From an uncultured Campylobacterales bacterium (GTDB lineage: Bacteria > Campylobacterota > Campylobacteria > Campylobacterales > Sulfurimonadaceae), in assembly GCA_903885085.1 (NCBI GenBank), contig CAISHH010000154.1, positions 1,694 through 65,693 of the forward strand: a DNA stretch of 64,000 bases, in the 5' to 3' direction. The first letter of the stretch is position 1. Every line of letters starts with the position of its first letter. The notes under the pieces were generated by a model that did not search any database, was not told the origin of the DNA, and was given only the letters and a program-made list of their open reading frames with translations. Shown here in pieces: positions 1 through 8,518 of this stretch. The position numbers were made by a program, and so were the translations under genes.

Positions 1-673
1 CAAGGGCTTCTATAGTTTTTTGAGCTGCACTATCGAGTAACCCTTGCGAACTTTTTATAATTATAATATCTTTTATACTACTATTTTTTAAAAGCGTAAA
101 TTTTACCACAACTTCTCCTTGAATCCCTCTTTTTCTCGCACTCAGTGGATAATAGAAATTCTCTTGTAGCATCGCTCTTATGGCGGAGAGATTTGTCTGA
201 ACATACTGTTTTTGTACGGAGGGTTTTGGAGCTTGTGTTTTGGGTTCTGTACTTTGAAGAGTTTTACTCTCTTGCACTACAGGTTTTGACAGGAGTGTCT
301 TCTCTAGCGTTGGCGCAACGACTACACTGTTTTGCGCTGATGGGTTAGAACTCGGCTGAACTATCTCTTTTTGAACTGTCTTTTGCACTGTATTTTGAGC
401 AACTATCTCTTTTTTTACAGACTCAGGCACTTGTTTGAGAGGAGGCAGTTTTTTAACTTCTTGTTTTGGAGGAGTTTGAATCACTTTTTGAACTGCTGGT
501 TCCTCTTGTGAATTACATGTACAGCTACTTTGAACAACACATTGACAAAGATTGATGGGTATACGCTTTTCTTTTTTTGGCGGTGTTACAAAGCTATATA
601 AAAACAAAGCAAAACTAAGCAGAACCAGATGAACACCAAGAGAGATAAAAAAAGAGCTGCGGCGAGGTATCAT
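1..673 (-). CDS. tonB: TonB-family energy transducer, partial (C-terminal end cut by window edge)
   Basis: Absent from the ORF track because it is open at base 1. My hand translation of the minus strand from ATG (671-673) stays open to base 1. It reads MIPRRSSFFISLGVHLVLLSFALFLY (membrane anchor), then a Pro/Lys/Gln/Val-rich spacer, then YYPLSARKRGIQGEVVVKFTLLKNSSIKDIIIIKSSQGLLDSAAQKTIEAL, a TonB C-terminal domain signature. Confidence 0.8.
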   Translation of the reverse strand, partial: MIPRRSSFFISLGVHLVLLSFALFLYSFVTPPKKEKRIPINLCQCVVQSSCTCNSQEEPAVQKVIQTPPKQEVKKLPPLKQVPESVKKEIVAQNTVQKTVQKEIVQPSSNPSAQNSVVVAPTLEKTLLSKPVVQESKTLQSTEPKTQAPKPSVQKQYVQTNLSAIRAMLQENFYYPLSARKRGIQGEVVVKFTLLKNSSIKDIIIIKSSQGLLDSAAQKTIEAL

Positions 674-692
674 CTTAAAATGATACCGCAGC
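647..692 (-). terminator. Rho-independent terminator after amtB
   Basis: Minus-strand RNA reads GCUGCGGUAUCAU-UUUAAG-AUGAUA(CCUCG)CCGCAGC followed by UCUUUUUUUAUC. That is a 13-bp stem with a 5-nt bulge plus a U7 tract, about 30 nt after the amtB stop. The descending arm contains the tonB ATG. Confidence 0.6.
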
Positions 693-723
693 AACTGTTA
701 CAGTTTTGTTAATACGCAAGAGA

Positions 724-1902
724 TTAGATTGCGCGTCTAAATTCCGGATATGCTTCCACACCACATTCAACGACATCCATACCTTGAACCTGCATATCAT
801 TTTCAGCACGAAATGGAACCAATTTGTTAATACTGTAGATAACAATATAAGAAACTACAAAAGCAAAAACACCGATTTCTACAACACCTTTGAGCTGATC
901 TAAAAATGAGATCTTTGGTGCAAAAATACCAACAGCAAGTGTTCCCCAGATACCATTTACCAAGTGAACTGAAAGTGCACCAACGGGATCATCAAGTCTG
1001 AGTTTATCAAATAATGGAATAGCAAAAACAACTAAAGCTCCACCGATAGCACCGATAAGTAAAGGTGTATGGATATCATACAGATTTGCTCCCGCAGTGA
1101 TAGCTACAAGCCCTCCAAGAGCACCATTTAAGATCATCGTTATATCAAAAAGTTTGTATCTCACATACATAATAACACCACCCACGATTGCACCCGCGAG
1201 ACCTGCTGTGTTGGTGTTAAGAATAGTAAGAGCGACACTATCTGCCATAGCTTTGCTTGAGATCGAACCAACTGATCCGCCATTAAATCCAAACCAACCT
1301 ATCCAAAGCAAAAGTCCACCAAGAACAACAAGAGGGATATTTGATGCAGGGATAACTTTTATCATATCGTTTTTGTATCTGTCTTTACGCGCACCGATGA
1401 TAAAGATCGCCGCTAGTAGTGCCCAGCCTCCAGTTGAATGGATAACAGTCGAACCAGCAAGATCAAACATATGAAGCTCGAGTGGAGTACCTTTTAAAAA
1501 GTTTGCTCCCCAACTGATATTGACAACAAGCGGATAGATCACAGCACCCATAACAACAGCAAAAATAGCAAGAGGAATCATACGCACACGCTCACTCACC
1601 CCGCCACTCATGATGTTGATAGTTTTACCGACAAAGGCCATCTGAAACAAAAAAGCCGCCCACATACTATATTCTACTTTTACCCAAGTTCCAAATGCGA
1701 GTTCATATCCAACAAGCAAGAAAGCTGTAGAAGCAACCCCGTAGATCATCACATTTGTTGTGAGAACTGCCGTAACGTTTTTTGTACGCACAAGTCCCGC
1801 TTCAAGCATCGCAAATCCTGGTACCATAAAGATAATGAGTACCATTGAAAAGAGCATAAAAAATGTATCTATAATATATTTAAAATCTACCTCCGCAACC
1901 AC
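724..1902 (-). CDS. amtB: Ammonium transporter (Amt family)
   Basis: 392 aa polytopic membrane protein with Amt motifs (AGLVRTKN, DLAGSTVIHSTGGWALLAAIFIIGAR, HLVNGIWGTLAVGIF). Its start abuts the stop of the P-II gene. Confidence 0.93.
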   Translation of the reverse strand: MVAEVDFKYIIDTFFMLFSMVLIIFMVPGFAMLEAGLVRTKNVTAVLTTNVMIYGVASTAFLLVGYELAFGTWVKVEYSMWAAFLFQMAFVGKTINIMSGGVSERVRMIPLAIFAVVMGAVIYPLVVNISWGANFLKGTPLELHMFDLAGSTVIHSTGGWALLAAIFIIGARKDRYKNDMIKVIPASNIPLVVLGGLLLWIGWFGFNGGSVGSISSKAMADSVALTILNTNTAGLAGAIVGGVIMYVRYKLFDITMILNGALGGLVAITAGANLYDIHTPLLIGAIGGALVVFAIPLFDKLRLDDPVGALSVHLVNGIWGTLAVGIFAPKISFLDQLKGVVEIGVFAFVVSYIVIYSINKLVPFRAENDMQVQGMDVVECGVEAYPEFRRAI

Positions 1903-2280
<378 letters not shown>

Positions 2281-2364
2281 TTATTATTCCCGATACAAAA
2301 TTTTTTTATGATTAAATTTTAAACAATATGCTATATTTCTGCAAAAAAACAAGGCACTCAACTT

Positions 2365-2838
2365 ATGAATCAAGCAACATTGGAATTATTTAGTACAAAA
2401 TCAGCCGATGATATCGCAACAGCGCTCGATATAACACTTCAAAGTAGAAATGAATCTCCATTTTGGCTAGATAAAGCGATCCCTTTTGCTAAAGCGGTAC
2501 TTTCTATTTTAGTTCCCCTAAGAGAACAAAATCTTTTGTTTGATCCACAAGGAAGATTTCAAGAAAACCTAACGCCTGAACTATTTTTAGAGTGGATGGA
2601 TTTTGTGAGTTTAAAGATGCTGGCTTTTACAATCCAAAAATCAAATGAGAGTTCAAAACTTTTACGAACGTCTTTAAACGAAACGCAGTGTTCAAGTTAT
2701 ACAGCAGTAGATGTCTCTGTCTTAGCGATCTATCTCTCAAAATACAATGTCAATATGCTCGATGAATCTCTTGATTTTCCAATAGCGAACTATAACGTAC
2801 ACCAAGGCGTTAAAAATGTTGTAAAATCACTTTTATAA
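2365..2838 (+). CDS. Hypothetical protein
   Basis: 157-aa ORF in a gap with no competing frame. I recognise no motif. Confidence 0.55.
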   Translation: MNQATLELFSTKSADDIATALDITLQSRNESPFWLDKAIPFAKAVLSILVPLREQNLLFDPQGRFQENLTPELFLEWMDFVSLKMLAFTIQKSNESSKLLRTSLNETQCSSYTAVDVSVLAIYLSKYNVNMLDESLDFPIANYNVHQGVKNVVKSLL

Positions 2839-2850
2839 AAGGAGATTTTT

Positions 2851-3282
2851 ATGCAAGAACATCAAGCTATTAAAACAAATCAGTATCTAGAGATCCCGGA
2901 GATAGAGACAATCCTTGAAGGCGTTGAATACATTATCATGGCAGCACCTTCGCCTGATCATTTTAGTGCAACGCCCGTACATGTAACGATATTTTTAAAC
3001 ACGCAAGAGCGTTTTTCACAAGAGATAAAAGAGATGATCTTTGATAAATTTTGCCAAGACTATAAAATAACAGCCTCAGCGGAAGTGATGAGCCAGCTTA
3101 TGCCCGTGGGCTTTGCAACCACATCTTTAGGTTCTGCGATGCCGATGCTTTTAGTCAAAACACAAGATCAAAATGCCATCCCTCATGTACCCTTACATGT
3201 AATTGATTTTCTTGCTGCTTCAGATCAGTTTGAAGAGGTTGTAGAAAAATCGCTCTCTGGCTGGACTTACGTTCGAGAATAG
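2851..3282 (+). CDS. Hypothetical protein
   Basis: 143-aa ORF 12 nt after the previous stop, with a strong RBS (AAGGAG, 7-nt spacer). No recognisable motif. Confidence 0.6.
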   Translation: MQEHQAIKTNQYLEIPEIETILEGVEYIIMAAPSPDHFSATPVHVTIFLNTQERFSQEIKEMIFDKFCQDYKITASAEVMSQLMPVGFATTSLGSAMPMLLVKTQDQNAIPHVPLHVIDFLAASDQFEEVVEKSLSGWTYVRE

Positions 3283-4589
3283 AGTTCTTCTATCTCGGCA
3301 ACACTCTTAGCAATCCCACAAGAGAGGTTTTCATAACCCTCTTTTATGACTAAAATATCATCTTCTATTCTCACCGCTATGCCTCTGTATTTCTGCGGTA
3401 AATCCACATCATCCAAAGGCAAATACAATCCTGGCTCTATTGTCATCACCATCCCAGCTTGAAGCGGTAGTTCTTTCCCTTTTTTGTCTTTATAAGGACA
3501 GGGATCATGCACATCGATGCCCATCCAATGCCCGATGCCATGAGGAAAATAGCGTTTGTCTTTTTCCTCTTTGATCAGTTCTTTGACATCGCCTTTAAGA
3601 ATCCCAAGCGCAACCATTCCCTCGCACAAAGACTCTCTAGCCATCATCTGAAGATCAGTTCGTAAAACGCCCTCTTTAATCGCCTCTATGACTTTGAGTT
3701 CAGTTTGTAAAACAAGCTCATAAATCTCTTTTTGTGCTTCGCTAAACTTACCATTCACAGGAATCGTTCTTGTGATATCACTCGCATACATCTCAAACTC
3801 GCATCCCGCGTCTATAAGGATAAGTTCACCCTCTTTAAGAATCTCAGAGTTGTTAATGTAATGCAGAGTATTTCCATTGTCACCGCCTGCGATTATGGTT
3901 GTATATGCATCGCTGTAAGCGCCGTTTTTCTTAAACTCATATTCATACACTGCTTGAAGTTCATACTCAAACATTCCACTCTTTTGCATACTCATCACTT
4001 TATGATGTGCCTCTTTTGTAATAGACAAAGCTTTTTTGATAAGTTCTATCTCTACGGGTGTTTTTATAGCTCTCATACTCTGAGTAATTTTCTTTACATG
4101 TAAGAGCTTCATTGAACTTTTTTTTATGAAATCCTTTACACCCTCTGGGCACTTCGCATGTAAGAGTTTTTTCTCTTCGCTAAAGAGATCAAGATAAACT
4201 CTTTTTTTACTTGGTAAAATCTTTTTTAATTTCTTTTCAAAACGCTCAGAAGTACAAACTGTATCGACGTCAAAGCGCTCTTTTGCACCTTCTGCTCCTA
4301 AACGCTTTCCAGTCCAAAGTTCTAAACTCTTATCTTTTTTTTGAACAAATAAAATCTCTTTAACAGACTTTTCTCCCTTTAGTAAAACCAAAATAGCATT
4401 GTCCTCTTTAAAACCAGTGAGATAATAAAAATCGCTATCTTGTCTGTAGGGATACTCAGTATCATTTGAGCGTGTTTTTTGAGTTGCGCTAAAAAGCAAA
4501 GCGACACTGCTCTTTTTCATTTGAACTAAAAAATCTTCTCGTCTACTTTTGTAGATCTGCTCATCCATTATTGAAGCTCTTTTTGACAT
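3267..4589 (-). CDS. pepP: Xaa-Pro aminopeptidase (M24B)
   Basis: 440 aa with an N-terminal creatinase/AMP_N-like domain. M24 metal-ligand motifs are present: IDAGCEFEMYASDITRT, HGIGHWMGIDVHD, TIEPGLY, VRIEDD. Confidence 0.88.
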   Translation of the reverse strand: MSKRASIMDEQIYKSRREDFLVQMKKSSVALLFSATQKTRSNDTEYPYRQDSDFYYLTGFKEDNAILVLLKGEKSVKEILFVQKKDKSLELWTGKRLGAEGAKERFDVDTVCTSERFEKKLKKILPSKKRVYLDLFSEEKKLLHAKCPEGVKDFIKKSSMKLLHVKKITQSMRAIKTPVEIELIKKALSITKEAHHKVMSMQKSGMFEYELQAVYEYEFKKNGAYSDAYTTIIAGGDNGNTLHYINNSEILKEGELILIDAGCEFEMYASDITRTIPVNGKFSEAQKEIYELVLQTELKVIEAIKEGVLRTDLQMMARESLCEGMVALGILKGDVKELIKEEKDKRYFPHGIGHWMGIDVHDPCPYKDKKGKELPLQAGMVMTIEPGLYLPLDDVDLPQKYRGIAVRIEDDILVIKEGYENLSCGIAKSVAEIEELYSRT

Positions 4590-5188
4590 TGATTATTGAG
4601 CCACATATTTGTTTGTTGCATGACATCATTCAGCGCTGCTTGAAGAGCTTTTACTCCCCCTTGTGCATCGAGCGAAGAGGAAGGAACTTTTTTCTCTATG
4701 GTTGTTGCGTAGAGAAGTTTTGAATTGTCGTTTTCAAGAAGTGCAAAATGGATTTTGACTGTTACATACGAGCTTTTCATATCTTCACTAAAATGCTGAA
4801 TAAACTCTCCAACACTATATTCAAGGACATAATCTGGCTTTGCAGACGATTTTGCTAATAATACATCTTTAAATATTTTTGTATCCCGTACACTGCTGAC
4901 AAGTGATACTTCTAATATTTTGTATGGTGCTGCTTCCCAGTTTGAAAGAGCATAGCTTTCAACATTCAGATCTCCTCTTTGGTAGTAGATAGATCGTCCC
5001 ATAATCGGATCATAACTCACAATATTTTTCAATTGCAACACATCATTTTTGCAAGACGGGGCATTGTAATCTTTCACAACCGATGTAACTTGCAATCTGT
5101 ACTGCATGCTTGGAGGAACTTTTGTCTGCAAAGAACATCCAGATATTATGAACACGACCAAACTATATAAAAATATTTTATTCATCAT
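4568..5188 (-). CDS. Lipoprotein, ABC-transport auxiliary component (PqiC/YmbA-like)
   Basis: Lipobox at the N-terminus (LVVFIISGC). It is the last gene of the permease/ATPase/MCE operon, the usual position of DUF330-type lipoproteins. The family call rests on context and size. Confidence 0.55.
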   Translation of the reverse strand: MMNKIFLYSLVVFIISGCSLQTKVPPSMQYRLQVTSVVKDYNAPSCKNDVLQLKNIVSYDPIMGRSIYYQRGDLNVESYALSNWEAAPYKILEVSLVSSVRDTKIFKDVLLAKSSAKPDYVLEYSVGEFIQHFSEDMKSSYVTVKIHFALLENDNSKLLYATTIEKKVPSSSLDAQGGVKALQAALNDVMQQTNMWLNNQCQKELQ

Positions 5189-6150
5189 TTTTCTCCCGGA
5201 CCTTTTTTAATCTCTTGCTTTTTAAACAGTATATCACTTGGACTTGTTTCATATTTTTTTAAGATGCTATCCATCTCTATCATCACATCTTGCAAAGCAC
5301 CGAGCGAACTGTTAAGATTTGTCACCGTGCCTTTTGTGATATCTTTTAGATTAAACTCTCCACTATCAATTGCTCCGTGAAATGCAGCCATCGAGCCTTG
5401 AATAACCTTGTAGCTACTTGCAACTGAAATCATCGATGCAGAAACAGTATCCGCAAAATGACCACTTTTGTCTGCTAAGAGATCTATTTTAGGAAGTGTT
5501 TGTGTGTCTAGCTTTGTCGTTATACTGTCAAGATGCTCCATTGTACTATGAAGATGCTCGATGCTTTTATCATCAAGAAGAGTGTTGAGTCTAGCCATAA
5601 ACTCTTTTGACTCGGCAAGTGTCATCGTCATATTTTTTTGATTTTCTTCTTTTAAGAGTGTATTTGTACCATCGAGTGTTCCTGAAAGTTTTTCAGTCAC
5701 ACTTCCAATCGAGCTCTCAAACCTTTGAAAAAGTGAGGGTTTTGAGTGTATGATCGGATATTTTTCCTCTTCATCTTTCACTAGATCTTTGGAATTTACA
5801 TCGCCTAAAGAAAGATCAATGAAAACAAGTCCTGTAATTCCCTGAGCATTGAGCGTTGCCATCGTTGATTCTTTCACTGGAGTCGTAGCCAAGATAGAGA
5901 TTAAGACCTCTATCTCTTGCGTGTTTTTACTACTTATCTGTATCTCTTCAACTTTTCCGACACTGACACCACGATACTTGACGGGAGAGTTGATGTTGAG
6001 TCCTGAAACAGACTCATTGAAATAGATAAGGTACTCTTTTTGCTTACTTGAATCCGAGGGTTTCATCAACCAATAAATAGAAAATGTCATAACAACGAGT
6101 ATGGCTAAAACAATGGAGCCTACAAAAGTATAATTGACTTTATTATTCAT
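5185..6150 (-). CDS. MCE/MlaD-family substrate-binding protein
   Basis: N-terminal TM helix followed by an MCE domain (GLNINSPVKYRGVSVGKVEEI...) and a long helical C-terminus. Overlaps the ATPase gene by 4 nt. Confidence 0.8.
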   Translation of the reverse strand: MNNKVNYTFVGSIVLAILVVMTFSIYWLMKPSDSSKQKEYLIYFNESVSGLNINSPVKYRGVSVGKVEEIQISSKNTQEIEVLISILATTPVKESTMATLNAQGITGLVFIDLSLGDVNSKDLVKDEEEKYPIIHSKPSLFQRFESSIGSVTEKLSGTLDGTNTLLKEENQKNMTMTLAESKEFMARLNTLLDDKSIEHLHSTMEHLDSITTKLDTQTLPKIDLLADKSGHFADTVSASMISVASSYKVIQGSMAAFHGAIDSGEFNLKDITKGTVTNLNSSLGALQDVMIEMDSILKKYETSPSDILFKKQEIKKGPGEK

Positions 6151-6884
6151 ATATCTGCCTTAAAAAATGTTTGTATAAATTGATTGTCCATAGAAATGAT
6201 ATCATCTAATTTGCCCTGTGCCACGATAACTTTATTATCAATAATAGCAGCGCGGTCAAGTGTATCATAAATCGATTTGAGATCATGAGAGACCATAACA
6301 ACAGTGAGACCCAATAAATCTCGCAATTTTAGGATAAGTTTATCAAATTCGCGTGCGGAGATCGGATCAAGTCCTGATGTAGGCTCATCTAAAAATAGCA
6401 GTTTTGGATCAAGCGACAATGCACGAGCTAAAGCCGCTTTTTTCTTCATTCCGCCGCTGATCTGTGATGGATAGAGAGATGCATCTTTAGGTTTTAAGCC
6501 TACAATATCTATTTTATATGCCACAATTTCAGATATGAGATTTTTATCCAGTTTTGTATACTCTTGCAGGGGAAGTGCTATATTTTCATACAAGGTCAAA
6601 GAGGAAAACAATGCTCCTCCTTGAAATAAAACTCCCCAGTTTTTTCGCAACTCTTGAGCATCATCGTAAGAGATATTTGCCACATCTCGACCAAAAATTT
6701 CTATAGAACCGCCACTGACTTCTTGAAGCATCACCATCTCTCGTAAAACCGTACTCTTTCCGCATCCACTCGGTCCAAGGATTCCGTATATTTCCCCTTC
6801 ATTGATATGAAAGTTGAGTCCTGCATGCACTACATTGGCGCCAAATTGCGTATAAAGATCTTTAACGTCAATTATTTTTTTCAT
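6147..6884 (-). CDS. ABC transporter ATP-binding protein (MlaF-like)
   Basis: Walker A GPSGCGKST, signature SGGMKKKAALARAL, Walker B LLFLDEPTSGLD, H-loop VSHD. Confidence 0.9.
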   Translation of the reverse strand: MKKIIDVKDLYTQFGANVVHAGLNFHINEGEIYGILGPSGCGKSTVLREMVMLQEVSGGSIEIFGRDVANISYDDAQELRKNWGVLFQGGALFSSLTLYENIALPLQEYTKLDKNLISEIVAYKIDIVGLKPKDASLYPSQISGGMKKKAALARALSLDPKLLFLDEPTSGLDPISAREFDKLILKLRDLLGLTVVMVSHDLKSIYDTLDRAAIIDNKVIVAQGKLDDIISMDNQFIQTFFKADI

Positions 6885-8009
6885 CTAGATACCCAAATTT
6901 GTAAAGATGATAGAAAAAACTGCATCACAAACGATAACCGCAAAAATAGATTCAACAACACTTTTGGTTGTATTGATCCCAATGCTTTGCGTGTCATCTT
7001 TCACTAGCATTCCTCGAAATATACCGATAGAAGCGATCAAAAAGGCAAAAAAAGGCCCTTTAGCAATGCCCACAAAGAAATGTTTTGCCGCTACTACTTC
7101 ATTTAAACGGTCTAAAAAAAGTGAAGTTGAGATACCAAGGTCAAGGTTTGCGACAAGCATACCACCTAAAAGTCCAGTGACATCTGAAACAAAAATCAAT
7201 AACGGCATCATCAACATAAGTGCGATAATGCGAGGAATCACCAAAAATACAATAGGATCAAAACCCATAGTACGCATAGCATCAAGTTCCTCTGTTATCT
7301 TCATAGCGCCTATCTGAGCGGTAAAAGAGGAACCGCTTCTTCCTGCAATAACGATTGCGGTAAGTAAGGGCGCAAGCTCACGAAAGATAGAGATTCCGAG
7401 CATATCAACTATAAAAATATTTGCGCCATAGATTTTTAACTGTACAGAGGATTGATATGCCATAACGACACCAACAAGAAAACTCGTCAGAGCAACGATA
7501 CCAAATGCTTTGATCGCATTTTCATTGATCTCAAAAAAAATCTCTTTATATCGAAGTGATCTTAAATGTTTAAAAAGATAAAAAAATCCATAAGAGATTT
7601 GCCCGAAGAAAGAGAGAAATTCAACAAATTTTTTCATCCTTAAAACAGCATCTTCACCCAGTTTTTCGATAAATAAAGGTTGTTTATAAACAAATTCTTC
7701 TAAATCAAGATGTAAAACATGAATTGTTTTGAGGGTACTTATCACTTGCTCATTCTTACATGTAAGAGAAAAAGCAAGTTGCTTTTCAGCAAATGTCTGT
7801 TCCAACTTATTGATATAGATCGCACCTGCCGTATCTATAGAAGTGATATCATCAAGATTTAAAAAGAGTTCAGATCCATTTCGAAGCTTTGACTCAAGCT
7901 CTTTTTCAAAGCTCACTAGAGTATAAAGATTTATTTCACCGGCGAGACTAAAGTCTAACCGATTGTTAGCAAATGAAGAAGTAAAGGAGAGATTTTTTTT
8001 AGATAACAT
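6885..8009 (-). CDS. MlaE-family ABC permease with N-terminal STAS-like domain
   Basis: The C-terminal ~260 aa match MlaE permeases (FRELAPLLTAIVIAGRSGSSFTAQIGAMKITEELDAMRTMGFDP). The N-terminal ~110 aa is soluble and STAS-like. Confidence 0.85.
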   Translation of the reverse strand: MLSKKNLSFTSSFANNRLDFSLAGEINLYTLVSFEKELESKLRNGSELFLNLDDITSIDTAGAIYINKLEQTFAEKQLAFSLTCKNEQVISTLKTIHVLHLDLEEFVYKQPLFIEKLGEDAVLRMKKFVEFLSFFGQISYGFFYLFKHLRSLRYKEIFFEINENAIKAFGIVALTSFLVGVVMAYQSSVQLKIYGANIFIVDMLGISIFRELAPLLTAIVIAGRSGSSFTAQIGAMKITEELDAMRTMGFDPIVFLVIPRIIALMLMMPLLIFVSDVTGLLGGMLVANLDLGISTSLFLDRLNEVVAAKHFFVGIAKGPFFAFLIASIGIFRGMLVKDDTQSIGINTTKSVVESIFAVIVCDAVFSIIFTNLGI

Positions 8010-8020
8010 ACAAAAAAATT

Positions 8021-8518
8021 TTAAAAATCTCTCTCGAGCAATTTGTTGACTTTGAGTATCGTAATGATTCTATCTGATTGTTTTCCAACACCATCGATCA
8101 TAGTTTCGCTATCTTGCATTGTATCGGGCGCTGGTCCGATATCTGATTTTCTGATACGAAGGGCTTCAGTCAGACGATCTATCACAAATCCAGCGACCTC
8201 ATTTCCATCTTTCATAACAATAAAACGGGTTTCATCTGTATGTTTTTTTGTTTGGAGTCCGAATTTTAATCTCAAATCTATAAGAGGGATTACAGAACCG
8301 CGAAGGTTAAAAACACCAAGTACATACGCAGGTGTTTGAGGAACCCTTGTCCAAGAAATAGGTTTGATAATCTCTTGAATATTTAATATAGGCACACTAT
8401 ACTCTTCATCACCTATAATAAATCCAACTAATTGAACAGCATCTTCTAGCTGACTTACAACACCGCGATTTTGCTGTTCACTCTGCTTACTGATAATATT
8501 TTGTAGTTTATCACTCAT
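8021..8518 (-). CDS. cheW: Chemotaxis coupling protein CheW
   Basis: 165 aa CheW domain (EYSVPILNIQEIIKP...VLGVFNLRGSVIPLIDLR). Directly follows cheA. Confidence 0.92.
   Translation of the reverse strand: MSDKLQNIISKQSEQQNRGVVSQLEDAVQLVGFIIGDEEYSVPILNIQEIIKPISWTRVPQTPAYVLGVFNLRGSVIPLIDLRLKFGLQTKKHTDETRFIVMKDGNEVAGFVIDRLTEALRIRKSDIGPAPDTMQDSETMIDGVGKQSDRIITILKVNKLLERDF

Noticed and set aside
1097-1474. Many 60-130-aa ORFs in the track lie antisense to, or out of frame within, long confident genes. Examples are 1097-1474 and 1760-2128 in amtB/glnK, 8924-9694 and 10055-10708 in cheA, 25086-26533 in lsrK, 35396-36942 in feoB and 57614-58092 in groEL.
   Set aside because: Each is fully embedded in a gene with strong family motifs on the other strand or frame. 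Their products are low-complexity or Ser/Pro/Cys-rich shadow translations. None has its own RBS or promoter context.
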